NCBI GenBank assembly: GCA_030141605.1
Contig: JAQGDQ010000028.1
Span: forward strand, 1,004,321-1,068,320
Length of the DNA stretch: 64,000 nt
Reading direction: 5' to 3'
Source of the DNA: Tubiluchus corallicola
Lineage: Eukaryota; Animalia; Priapulida
Below are positions 38,671 through 51,800 of the stretch, piece after piece. The translations under genes were made by a program, and so were the position numbers. Each line of letters begins with the position of its first letter. Position 1 is the first letter of the stretch. Under the pieces are notes generated by a model. The model was not told the DNA's origin and did no database searches. It saw only the letters and a program-made list of their open reading frames with translations.

Positions 38671-40057
38671 CAGGGATTCGTGGTGTGTTTGGTGGTTATT
38701 TGTTTCAAGGCCAAAAATACGACAAAATGTGCGCAGTGGTGATCATCAACAAGGAAAGCAGAGTCGAAATCCGCGCAATTTTTGCGGAGGTCCGGAGTTT
38801 GGACGGACTTTAAATGGAACGAGGACATTAATCACGTTACAGATTTACAAAAGTGGCTAGTCGCGGATTTCGCGGACTCAGCAACAATATGCACAAAAGA
38901 TTAAGCAATAATAATTTTTTACTCGTTTTGGGGGAATGCTGTACACAATCACTACAATGTGTGTAGGTCAATGCGGTGTGGTACGGATCTGGTGCAGAGG
39001 TTTATATTATGTAGAATCGGATGTCCGCGGAGAAAAAAACCGACTTCGGTAACCTTTGATGTACATACAGTCCACGAAACTCGGCAGGAAAAGCATGAGT
39101 TTGAGGACTTGAGGTTAATGAATCAAATTTGCCAACATGAGGCCACAAAATGGTCAGAGGAAAAGTTTCGTAAAATTGCTAATTAACATCGTAACATTTC
39201 TCATCTAACTTTTATAATATAAGCAAATACATTCACCTATAATATTATTTGTTTTCTTGTAAATTTGCAACTTTTGATGCTTACTAAAATTCATATCAAA
39301 ACTTTGCATTGAATTACAGTTGCATAAATATTTCACACACACGTGATGCTAGTTTTTCACACAAGGATACTAGTGCTACTCTGCTAGTGAGGAATTGTGG
39401 GGAATAAAGTCCAAATTTACTGGTAAAATTAGTCGGGTACCTGTAACATTAATTTTTAAACTTACTGAACGTAAATTGCACGCCTCAATAACAATCATAA
39501 ATTCAGTATTAACAATGTATTTTCTTGAGATTTGTATCAAATTTTCATAACATAAGCTGCTCATAACAACAAGGAGACCATTTTTCTTCATATCTGACAG
39601 TAGTATTTAGTAATCTGCTATTCGCGGACAATAGCAGTACTGAAAATTTATAATTAGGAACTATTGCTTCCAGTTTATATTATTTATTCATGATTCAGGA
39701 TTTATATTAATTAAGGTTTTAATGTTTAAAGTCACTTTGACCTATCAGTAGACCTAGCTTTGCTACTCGCGTACATGTGTATACAATAACACGATGTTGT
39801 GCGCAATGTGCACGTGTTTGCTTGCGCAGTAAAAACAACCAGTGCAAAAAATTTATATCGCCGAGTATCAAAGTTCAACGAAATGTCAGGCCTGCGATTA
39901 CGTTGCGACAAAATTGAGCACCGGAAAATAAATATAATTGATATATTTGATGCAAACATTTTTATTTGTAGGAAGTAGACGCGCATTAATTTACTAAAGC
40001 TTGAATTTGAATTTAGCTGTGCAGAAAGTACTGGGCACATTCTTGGTGCGTATACTG

Positions 40058-40549
40058 CTGTAGCGGATAGCCCTATAGGCTGAATAGGCTGAAGCCTAAG
40101 GCCCGGGATCAAAAGGGGCCCGGCAAAATAAAACGAAATTTTTTTTTGTAAAAAAAATAAATTGACAAAAGAGCAAGGGGCTCTTTTTTTCAAAAGTCAG
40201 TCACTATATTTCAAATCGGGTTTACACAAATCAAGTTTACACAATTTAAGTTTACACAATTCAAGTTTACACAATTCAAGTTTACACAATTTAAGTTTAC
40301 ACAATTCACGTTTACACAGTTTAAGTTTAAGTTCAAAATTTCAGTTTCCGAATTTTTCTGGGGGCAAAGTCATTTATAATTTCTGAAAAGTCCATTTTAT
40401 CACAATCGGTGGGCAAAAACTCACAAAATTAAACAAACTTATAAACGACGAGAGCTCCACAAAAACACGTCAGCTCAGCAGTGTAGCATCATTTAAAAGG
40501 CCCGTTCCAAGCTCAAGCCTAAGGCCCATAAAATCATAATCCGCCGCTG
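40058..40549. mobile_element. Non-autonomous hAT element with an internal 15-bp minisatellite
   Basis: 8-bp TSD GTATACTG at 40050-40057 and 40550-40557; imperfect TIRs CTGTAGCGGAT / ATCCGCCGCTG; subterminal AAGCCTAAGGCCC near both ends. Confidence 0.82.
40220..40330. repeat. 15-bp tandem repeat (aagtttacacaatt[c/t])n, about 7 copies
   Basis: Directly visible; produces the spurious (LHNSS)n ORF. Confidence 0.92.
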
Positions 40550-42999
40550 GTATACTGTACTACTATGTGCGTCAATGTATAATATGCACATATACATGAA
40601 CATTATTCCTTGCAATGACGTCAAAATGCGGTGCCATCTTCCTGTTTCAGAGTAATGTATCAAATTCAATTCTACTCCACCACTTTCTTCGATATTCAGT
40701 CTCAAGTTTCATAACCTGTAAGAGAATTTGAACATTTTTGAAATTGGACTCTAGCTGACTTAATAGTTTTTTTTTCATTTTATGTAGAATAATTAATGCA
40801 TGCACATGTTGACCATACAACTAGATTATACTCGAGCACCCGGTCGTCCATCGATCGGTCGCCAATCGGTCAGTGCATAGCGGCTGATATTAAGGCGGCT
40901 AACAGATGAACTGAGTCTGACCCAAGTATACCACACTATCAATGATAGTGGAAAGCATCCAAACCGAAGGTCAGTGGTCCGACTGATGGGTCTGACGGTC
41001 AGTAAATTTCCACGATGACTACACCCAGTCACTCGGCAGTAGAATTTTTTTATGTGTAGATGTTCCGAATTAAACTTTAAGTTGCATAAGCACTGTAATT
41101 ACACAATTAATTACATAAATAATTAACAATGCAATGCAAAAAACTGCAATGATTTTTCTTTTTTATGTGACGTAATTATGCACTTTTGGGAACACATCAG
41201 GCGAATAACTCAGTTGCAACGGGTAAGTTGGTGCCAGAAGTTAAGCACCACGAAAACCAGACAGTAAATAAATGGTTGACCATTGACAAAACTGCCCCTG
41301 GGCACCATACTTTCCAGTTCTCAGCCATTTACTTTGGTGAGCGACGATCTAAGACAGCTTTGTCAGTTCATTGTCTCATCTTAAGAACATTATCCTGATA
41401 ACATGTTAGATTCTGGCCTCTCCACAACTTTGCACATTAAATATGCCCTATCGTTGAGTACTGGATACCAGCTTGCAGAATACAGTATATAATGGCTAAG
41501 CCTAGGAAGCTGTGCAAGCAAATACGTCAACCGTGTAAAAACTTTATTGACAGCAGAAACTATCAAGACCTCCAAAAATAAACTCACCAGTCCCAGCACC
41601 CAAGGACTCATAAGGAACAGCGAGATAGACACCCGGGCTCATCTAACACTCGATCAGCTGGGTCTAAATTAATTAGCAAATTTCTGGGTTAGCCTCTCTC
41701 AGTTAGTCAGACAAACATTGAACTGCCCTTGATAAAGAATCCGCTTGTTGAAATTTGTTTCTGAGATTCGCCCTTTTTCATCATCGGTTGACATTTCGTC
41801 GAATACTTAAAATACACGTCCCATCTAACTCAGCTGCTACAATCTGAAGTATTTGTGACAGTTTTTAGCGTGATTAAAATTTTGCGTTAAGTCCACCTTT
41901 TTGCGTCCAGATAAATTAAGAGGGTAGTCCTGAATATAAGCTTTTAAAAAAATTGTAAAGTACACATACGTGTCTACATAGACGGTATTTTTGTGATGTT
42001 TCAGTTTCGCCTTCCAGAAGACCGAATTCACTTAGGTTGTAAGGGCTTGTTTACAAAAACCACTGCTTGTCACGCGGACGGCTTCATTTTGATGACGTCA
42101 CACGGACATGTGATGCTGTCTAAGAAGCTACAGATCCACAGTTCCGGTTGAACTGTCTTGCTAAAATGCTAATGTGGTATGCCAAAGTAATAAAAAACGT
42201 TAAAACTTGTTTAACTACTTTTTTAACCTCGGAGCAAAATAATAATTGTAATACCAACTATGCATCAACATGTGTCATGTTTTCATCGAGATTACGCTTG
42301 TAATAGTTGATAAATATTTTAGCTTCATGTCGAAATAGCGTGGACAACAATTTCCCGCTCTCTCTTAACATGATAAATGATTCAAAACCATGGTTTTTCG
42401 CCACCCCGTCTCAATATAATTATACTGAATTGTGTAAGAGTAAACATTGTGCACTGTATATGTGTATGAGCTGAAGCAAAAAAGCTAAATCTACCTTTAG
42501 ATATAATTACTGTTGTAAATAATAATTATTTAAGTAATGCCTACATTGTGGTGGGTACGTCAGCATTTGCTAATACAAGCTACATAATGACCCGTAAGCT
42601 GATCATATGAAGACTTCTCCGGACAATTTTTAGTAGTTTTGCTTTCGTTAGATTGTCGTGTTACTTGCACACAGGGGTATGTATATGTTATTAAATTCAC
42701 CAGTGCAATTCTCCGATCTTATAATCACGTTGCAATTTAACCCATGAAAAGTAACCACATTTTCACTGGCTTAGTAACTTAGTAACACTGTTAGTAGATA
42801 GCAGCACAGATGTTCTGTTGCATTGTTGAGCTAAAACAGCCTTTTGTACACTTTCCCAAACCAGACGCTACTACTACTTAAATTTTTATGAAGAAAAAAA
42901 ATCCACCCTGCATTTGTAAAATAGCGGAATGCAGATTATCACATATTTTACCAGACAAATTCTCCTTGATGCTGTCAGCCACTGTTATGCCAAATATGA

Positions 43000-45355
43000 G
43001 GCTGGACCCAGTTATCACAAGAGCAACTGAATCGTTATTCGTTAAACAACCACGAACAGATCTGTTCATATCCGACCATTTGACAGTTCTGTGTACATTG
43101 ATTTTTATAAAGCATCGACGTCACAAAAACAATAAACTATAGGAAAATCAAATCAATAAACACGCAGTTTTTCAAGGAAGACTTAAAAAGTTCTGGAATT
43201 CAAGGCATAGATACTAATAACATAGATGCTAATTTTTTAATTGAAAAACACAATTCAATGCTGCGCAGTCTTCTCGACAGGCATGCGCCTCTAAAAACTA
43301 GGTCGTATATGGTTCGTCCCAGTCAACTATGGTTCACCAGTGAGATTAAAGATGAGACAAGGGAAAGACGCAGACGTGAGAGAAAATGGAGAAGGACCAA
43401 GAGTGCAACTGACTTTGCTACCTTCCAACAACAAAAAGCGTTAGTTATCGATAAAATATCGTTAGCTAAAAATGCATATTTCACTGATTTAATTCACGAG
43501 AATAGTCATGATCAGAAAGCATTGTTTCAAACAACAAAGTCATTGTTTAATCAGAAGAAAGATACGCCACTATTTTTGATGATCATGATGATTCGTCAAT
43601 GCAGCCAGTTTTTTGAAGAAAAGATAGCCAATATTAGCAATGCAATAAATATCGCGCATTCAGCAGATTTACTTTCGGAAAACAGCCAGACTTGACCAAC
43701 TTCTGATCCTGATTTCATAAACTTTCAACTCTTAGTTATCTCTGATGTTGAAAAAATGATAACTAGCTTACCTGCTAAATCATCTGAGGTGGATCCCATT
43801 CCAACAAATCTTGTAAAATCCTGTTTAAATGAGTTTTCTGAGCTTATCTCCTATTTTAACATCGGTTATAAATTTGTCATTCAAAACAGGTTATTTTCCG
43901 GCGAGTTGCAAAAATGCTATTATTCGTCCACTGATTAAGAAAAATAATCTCGAACCTGTATTCAAAAATAATCGTCCTGTCCTTAATCTGTCTTTTGTCA
44001 CCAAACTATAGAGAAACCATTGCTAATCAGTTAACGTCTTATCTCAACTCTCACGACCTTATGGAATCTATGCAATCTGCATATCGTGCTAATCATAGAA
44101 GTGAAACTGCGTTATTGAAAGTCAAAACTGATGTTTTAAATTCAATGGACAAAGGATTAACCGTTGCACTTGTAATGTTGGATTTGTCATTTCACACTGT
44201 GGACCATGAAGTGCTTCTGAATGGACTTCACAGCAGGTGTCATATAACTGGCACGGCACTTAATCTAATTAGGTCTGATAGAAAACAGTCACTCAGTACT
44301 AAAGGGACTAGGTCTCCTGAAGTGATTCAGAAATGGGGTATCCCACGGGGATCTGTTTTGGGCCCTATGCTTACTTCCATTTACACGGCACCACTTGGTG
44401 ATATTCTAAGGTCCCATGGTGTTGCATTCCATTGCATGTCGTCTGCATAATGTTGCAATAGAAACCAGCAATTCGGATGATAGTAACTCGTCACGGGAAA
44501 TTCTGGAAAACTGTGTATCTGAAATCCGTGTTTGCATGTCAAATAATATTCTAAAACTAAATGATGAAAAAACGGATATGATTATTTTTGGAACTCGACA
44601 TCAACTTTCAAAAATTAGTCAATTCTCCATTGTGGTTGGCAAAAATCGTATCGAGATATCTAGTAGTGTTAGAAATCTTGGTGTAATTATGGACGATTGT
44701 CTATCTTCACATTAATCTATTTTCACGCTATCTTCACGATGGCCCATCACGTTAACAGTGCTTGTAAATCTTCATATTTTTAACTGCGAAATATATCAAA
44801 AATTAGAACAATTCTCACGAAAGATACTTGTGAAATCCTAGTGCTTGCTTTTGTTAGTTCCCGACTGGTTTACTGCGATAGTTTATTATGGTCTTCCACT
44901 TTACCAAATTCAAAAGCTTCAACGCGTCCACAATTCAGCTGCTAGGTTAATCACTCGCTGTCGGAAATTTGATTATATCACACCAATACTCAGAGAAATG
45001 CGCTGGTTGCCTATTGAGTACAGCATTGAATTTAAAATAAATTTGATAACTTACAAAGCAATCAATGATCTGGCCCCTACTTACATATCAGACCTTCTTA
45101 AACTATGCGTCCCTCGCAGAGCATTAAGATTTGGCTCAAATAGAAGTAATCTTGAATCTAAATTTTCTGTGCTTTTAATATTTTTCCATTTTTGTCATAT
45201 TCAATGTACTTTTAATCAATCAATGTGCCATTGTCTTAAATATCTTATGAATTAATATTTTCTAGTAATTTTGATGATCTTTTATTTGTAAGATGCATTT
45301 GATCATCATGTAAAATGCATTAAAAATTTTCAATAAATTATTATTAAATTATTAT
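43000..45355 (+). mobile_element. Decayed 5'-truncated L2/CR1-group LINE (end of endonuclease plus RT)
   Basis: Frameshifted ORF2 fragments LDPVITR..SDH, LDRHAPLK, ERKWRRT, KSSEVDPIP, RPVLNLSFVTKL, QSAYRANHRSETALLKV, LVMLDLS, GIPRGSVLGP, LKLNDEKT, VRNLGV, KLQRVHNSAARL, ITPILREMRWLPI; (TTA)-rich 3' tail. Confidence 0.92.
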
Positions 45356-46626
45356 GTGTTTTTGGTCTAGTTTTTGTGCGTACATTGGAACAAACAAAAG
45401 CTTGGTGAATCTGGAAACAGTGACTGTGAAATATTATTGCACAATGTCAAATTATGTTAACTATCTAAACAGAACCACGGCTAAACTGCTTCTCTAAACG
45501 CATTTCGAATTTCCGTAAATAGGTATTCAACACTGAATGACATAATGTACTTAATATAATTGATTGTGGCAGGATCGGAATCCAGTTTACTTTTTATACA
45601 GTTCAATACAAGCCGAGATACTCAGTAACAACGCCTACTTGAAGTAGAGTGTTGTGGGAACTGGTGGCTGGACTGGAATCTACCTCATTACCAAGAATAA
45701 TTCTCTAAGGTGAGACACTGAACTGCAAATGTTATGTGCAGATACCTATACATCCTCACTTAACAAACTTTATACTATACAAATTGCATTATCTTATACT
45801 CATTGCTTCATACAATAAAATAAATATTTAGGATTTGCAAATTTACTAGGTAAACAGTATGTCATATGATGGTATCCAAAACTGCTACAATACTAGTGGT
45901 ATGTAGGTTACACATGACAGTTCATATTTACACCAAATGTCTCAAGTTCAAAGGTCTGCTATGTTTAACATCATTAAGACTTCTTAGGTACACCTTAATT
46001 TTCAAGAAAAGTTGTGCGACCATACAAGCTCCTTACTATGAGTTACAAAGAAATAACATGCTTAATCCTTGTTCCATGGTACTAAAAAATTTAACCCCCA
46101 GTTTTCTGCTTATTTACAGTGTCGTGCAATTTAGTCACATGCATTAGAAAAAAATATGGTAAAGAGCAATGCCACATTATATTTCAGGATTACTTCATCA
46201 CAATTATTATTATTATTGTTGCAATGTTTATTGTAAATGACACATGTGTAGTAAGTAAAGCAATAGCGGTATGTTTCTCAGGTTCTCTGTCACCATTAAT
46301 TATATAAAATAAATCAAAGTCAAAGACAAAAACTGCTGTGATCTCTTCTCCACGCAGTATGTCGTTGTGCAAAAACCCAAAAGAGTCAGGGCCCACTATT
46401 AATGTAGATTCGTGGAATTAATGTAGCAGGAATCTAACTCATTGTGAAGGGTTCTCTTCTAGAATCAAAAACTAAGCTGACAGAGGTGTTTTAAATATGT
46501 TTGGATGTATATATTACATGTGCTTTCTCAACGAGAAATACTGATGTAAGCAGAAACCACCTAGAAGCAGTTCTCTTGGTGGTCACCAATCATTTCCCTT
46601 CCCCAAATCTAGTGGTAGTCCATTTT

Positions 46627-46673
46627 ACACACACGCACGCACGCACACACACACACACACGCACACACACACA
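46627..46673. repeat. (CA)n/(CGCA)n microsatellite
   Basis: Directly visible. Confidence 0.9.
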
Positions 46674-48849
46674 CCTTATTCGTAAAAGCAAGTGCACTGT
46701 AACTTGGCCAGGTTTGTTGCCTCTATTCACACCTATCCAGCAAATAATCTTTCACGGAAACCTATCTACGCTAACCATGGTACAGACTTTGTACAGATGC
46801 ATCAAAACCGTAATTACTGGACATTCAATAAACTGGATTGCCATGCATTATTGTGAAATGAGAAGCCTGAAATACACATTCATCTTGTACAAGAATTTTG
46901 CATCAACTGATTATAATTAACATAACGCGTGTGAATGCCGCCCCCAGACTTTGGCAACAACAACAACTTGATTTTTGTACATTATAAATTATATACTCCT
47001 ATTATCTAACGAAAATAAAACCAAGTGACAATTAATTGGCTTATTATACGTCATCCTTATTTGCCATAGCAAATAAATTATGCAAAAGAAGAAAAACTAA
47101 CAAGAAATAATTACAGACTCATTTGTTCATTTTCAAACATGTACATTACTCAAAGGACTAGAACATCCAGCATTTCAACAAATCTTCTTTTATAAATATA
47201 ATTAAGCCATTATAAAGGCAAAAGGAATAATTTTACCAACGGATCTTGGAATTCCATTATAAAGTAGTGTAATGTACTGACAGACACATGGTTAGGGTAA
47301 CAAGAGAAATTATGAGATGAACTTCACACTTCACATGCTTTGCTTTTACACAAAAAAAACTTACAACTTATCACTTATAACACGCTTTCATGGTACTTTT
47401 CACAATTATACTGATTTACTAGTTACTATTAAAACACAAACACTTTGTTATAATGTCCTTATGAAGTTGTTGTTAGTGTTGTTGCTCAGGTATGTAACTG
47501 CAAGTGAGAAAATCACCCATTAATTATATTAATGAAGTTAATGAGCTCCATAGTTAAGAATTAAGATTAAATAGGTCAAAGTTACAACGTTTTCTTGTTT
47601 CTTACAGTAAATCAATCTCTCACACAAAAACTGATTAATAAATTAACGGAACGGCCAGTAAGGCATATTCATGGGTTACTTGATAACACGGTGGCACCGC
47701 CTGCTGACAGATAATTGCATTACAAAAAATTATTTAGTGGTTCAACGTGCATAACACACTTGCAGTACACCACAGCACAGTTGTTTGATGGCAAGCATTT
47801 TACAACAAACTAATCATCAAAAGTAATTAGTCAATTAAAAATTGATTCTACTAATTCTTGTAAACCACTTCTCATTTACACAACCATTTCCGAAATAGAT
47901 CTTGCAACTTTCTAGCTTTCTAGAGGAAATCATTAGCTGTTAGAATGCACTACCATCAAGAAAGTATGTCACATAATCACTTATTAGAAACCTTTAAAAA
48001 AGACTGAGCACATAAAATGCCGTGAATAACTGCGAAGTTGACAACAGTATAGAATTAGAAGTTAAACATTTCTTGAATAAAAGCAATTTATAGTCAATGC
48101 TTTGTGCCAATAGCGGGTATTACAAATAAATATAGGCATACGGAACACTCATTTAGCGCTTTTCAGTAAACAATGCAGTATACACGTAAGAGAAGGTTAT
48201 CTACTTGTAAATAGACAATAAGTTGCCGATGTGCAACATTTAGTGATTATAAAGCTAATACATATTTTATAAGGTGAGAGTTCAAGCAAACTGAGAATTA
48301 ATGTATTTTCTTAAAACCAGATGCTAATCAGAGAGAAGTTTAACTTTAAAAACAAAGCTTTTTTAAATTCAATTGCACTCACTATACTGCACCGGAGCTG
48401 CTGACCACTGGCTAAGCCTAGCCAGCTCTACATATTGAGACTAAAATTGTGGCGAAATGCAGTTAGACAACCTATGTCTATGCAGGATTTAAAGATTTAG
48501 TGAGATGAAGATTAAGAGGTTAATAACTTCGCATAAGCACAATGAAATATTTTGCTCCAATAGTTTATAAACAATGAGGCAAAATGGTTAACCATTGTTT
48601 TACTCAGATGAATTGCATGAATCAAATTTAATCAACAATTTGTAAAGCTGTTTAAACAGAAATCTAACTCTGGATGACATGTGAGGCGTAGATTCAAGCA
48701 CCATGCTGCTTTTACTATATTCATGGCAAAATGAAAGTGTGTAAAAGAGTTGCGAAAGCAGCAATGTGGATGCAATGTTTAAGAAATCTAATGCTATTGC
48801 AGTATGTTTTAAACACAGTGCTGTCACCTAGTTACTGTTGTCATGGCGA

Positions 48850-51800
48850 TCACCTCGTTTCCATGGAAAGCTTGATAGCTGCCTGCAGCATCTCATCTTC
48901 ACTCATTTCACTAACTGTAAGGAAAGTACAATAAATTATGTACAAATACATAACAAATTCTAATATAGAGCTTAAAAATTGGTCCTATTTAAGTAAGCGT
49001 TTAAAACAGCATGTTACAGATCTTTATAAAAGAACAACAATGCCCAAACTCTCACCTTTCCTAGGTTCCCGTTGACTCAATGGTGCCCCAACAGTGCTAC
49101 CACCACTCTCTGACCCTGAAGAACTTGCCAGGGATGAGCTCTGTAAATTGTCTAGAAATGCTTGTCGTCTCCGTCGTACATCTGCAGCAGCCGACTTTGG
49201 AGACAATTCTACCTCTGGCTCAGCATTGATGGCAAATGGTGCCGGATGTGAGGATGAGGAAGCTGGAGCTTGTGCATCCAAGAGTCCGCTACCTGCAAAA
49301 GGCAAACATATGAATCCCCATTATATTCATCCACAACAACAACAACAGTAATGGCTATCCAGACCATTTTTCTGTAAAACTACAATAAGAATACAATACA
49401 ATACAAAACTGTAATAAAATATATGACTACTATGTTAGTTTTTTACCAAAGAAAAAAATATTAGTGCTGCAAATGCTGGACACTTAATACAGAACATCTT
49501 ATAAGTGAATGTAAAAATCTAGCTAACTAGAATAATATAAAGATCAATAGCAAAAAGCTTAGCAGAAACTGGCATTGGTATATAATAATATTTAATTCAA
49601 CATCTAATGTGTGAAATACCCTCCATGCTCAGAGCCACTGCGGCTTTCAGATCTTCAGCCTCTTGATCTTCTAAAGCGGCTCGGCTCAATTCTAGTGCTT
49701 TAGCTAGGTCATCCTAGTAAAAAGTAATAATGAACAGTATATAATAGAACAGAATAACGGTAAAATATGGACTAGCATAGAACGTAAAGGAAGAACATGA
49801 ATATAGTAACAACATCTTTCAATATGTTCGACCTTTTCTTCTCTTGCTTACAGCTGCCTTGGACCAGCTCAGCTCATCCTCGCCTCATACATGTTCCATT
49901 TCTCATCACACGCTTTACTTCAAAAGTTTACTCGTTAATTCTACTATTTTTGTCCAATTGTCTTTTTATCCATTTTAAAACAAAATATTTTCATATATTT
50001 TACTCTGCCTGTTTTTGACAAATGCAATCATGAAACTGTGTAAAAATATACACACGATAATTATGATCTAATGACAAATGCTAAGCGAAAACAATACCCA
50101 ACTGGTTTTATTTGCTGTTGTCCATCATCACTGCTCCCAGTTGAGACAGGACGCAATAATTTAGGCTTTATAGTCTGAACTGCAGGCGTGACTTTTAATA
50201 ATTGATCAGCTTCACAGTCTGGTAAAATTCCATTTACAATGAATATTGAGTAACCTAGAATTAAAGTCGAGGCTTAGAATCAATTTTAGGAAGTGGCTGG
50301 ACCAAATGCACCTGTTTAATCCCAGATTCCACTATTTCATAAAATCAAATTTTTAAAATAAGTTTAGTTTTCAAATAAAACACTTCAATAACTGATTAAT
50401 TAAATCTTTAAATTGTGCTACACACAAAGCATAATATGTAATTTTATATAGCTCGGTTTGGTATAGTATAATTCTATGGCATAGTTTATTTTTAGCTAAA
50501 ACTCAAAGTTAGTAGTAATGGAAAAATTTTAAATAAAAACCAGATAATGCTACTACCCGGGGCTAACGACATTGTGTCAAAATGGCTCTAATTTGTTTAT
50601 GAGGGAAAGAAAAAGAACAGCATTAGCAAACTCCTATGGAACATTAGAGAGAAAGGGCTGGTGTTGACGTTGCTAATCTGTCACTTACCTGCATTTTTTT
50701 CCAACAGTGATCAGGTATTAAATAGAAGTGAATTCAGAAAAAGTCAAGAAATGGTATCCAACTGAAAAAATCTCGTGAGTGGGTTCAACCCTTACACTGT
50801 AAGTCAGTACCCAGTGATGACATCATCATACAGTAAATAGATGAGGTGCTAACTTATAACAAGCTTACCTTCCTGTTGCAGCTGAACTAATAACATGGAT
50901 AAGTAAGTATCACTAATTAGCTCTGGTCCCGTGAGTAACGAGTTCAAATTAAACCATTGATAACCGAGTTTCCTAATCGTCAACCAGTGGTCTTTGAAAT
51001 TGCATATAAATGCAGTTTGATCACTGAAACGACAACAATTAGTAGTTGGGTGCATCAACAAAATCCTGCACATGACAAACTGGTACCAATTCAATTAGTG
51101 CATATACTGGCATATACAAATGTGAAAATAGGCGGCTTAAGAAAATAAGTTTTTAAACAACTTAAATATTTCACATACCTTGTAATTTGCATTATCATTG
51201 TTTTACACCGGCCTTTCATTCCCCTTGTTGCCTATTATTATCTTGCACCTTTTACAGTTTTTCTTTACATTTTGCTTTTCTGTTCACGTCTGTCCAAGTT
51301 CGTCTTTATGGTCTCATTTTATCATTTCAATACTTTTCTTTGTTTGTTAATTGTACATACTTTGCAATGTATGTAGTTCATTTGAGTATGAATGTGGCAT
51401 TACGGAAGTAATAAACTAAACTAAAACTAAAATACCAACTACAGCTACCTAAAATACCTACTATTTTAAAGCAAATTTTGTGACTTGCACTGACACAGGA
51501 TTCATACTATCATATAAGGCAACACATTCGTGATCATAATGTTGATTGTAATAACTTAATAAACTGCATTGTGGCTTTTGTTTCGAAAATTTACTAGCAA
51601 AAAGGCAAATGGCATTGTGTGTTCTAGGAACGTTAACAGAAATCGAAAACAAAACAGCAAGAGTTATTACTTACACAGGATTACATTGTGCAAGCAGAGC
51701 TGCTGGACATTGGCTATTGAATGGTATCAATTCTAGCTCCCACACTCTTAATGCTGCACTCAGAACTTGTATAGAAAAGTAGCCGCTGTCGTCCATATTC

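Noticed and set aside
40162-40386. ORF with LHNSS repeats, and a repeat array superficially like CRISPR
   Set aside because: Contiguous 15-bp minisatellite with no spacers, inside a hAT element in a eukaryotic genome.
41916-42368. TTAA-flanked segment suggesting a Kolobok/piggyBac MITE
   Set aside because: Terminal inverted repeat too short and imperfect to support a call.
49330-49351. PQQQQQ at the end of ORF 49094..49351 near ataxin-3
   Set aside because: It is on the opposite strand and intronic (caa repeats), so it is not the ATXN3 polyQ.
49850-50010. Possible extra ATXN3 exon bridging a phase-2 donor at 50098
   Set aside because: Stops in all three frames; the phase-0 donor at 50103 joins exon 6 directly.
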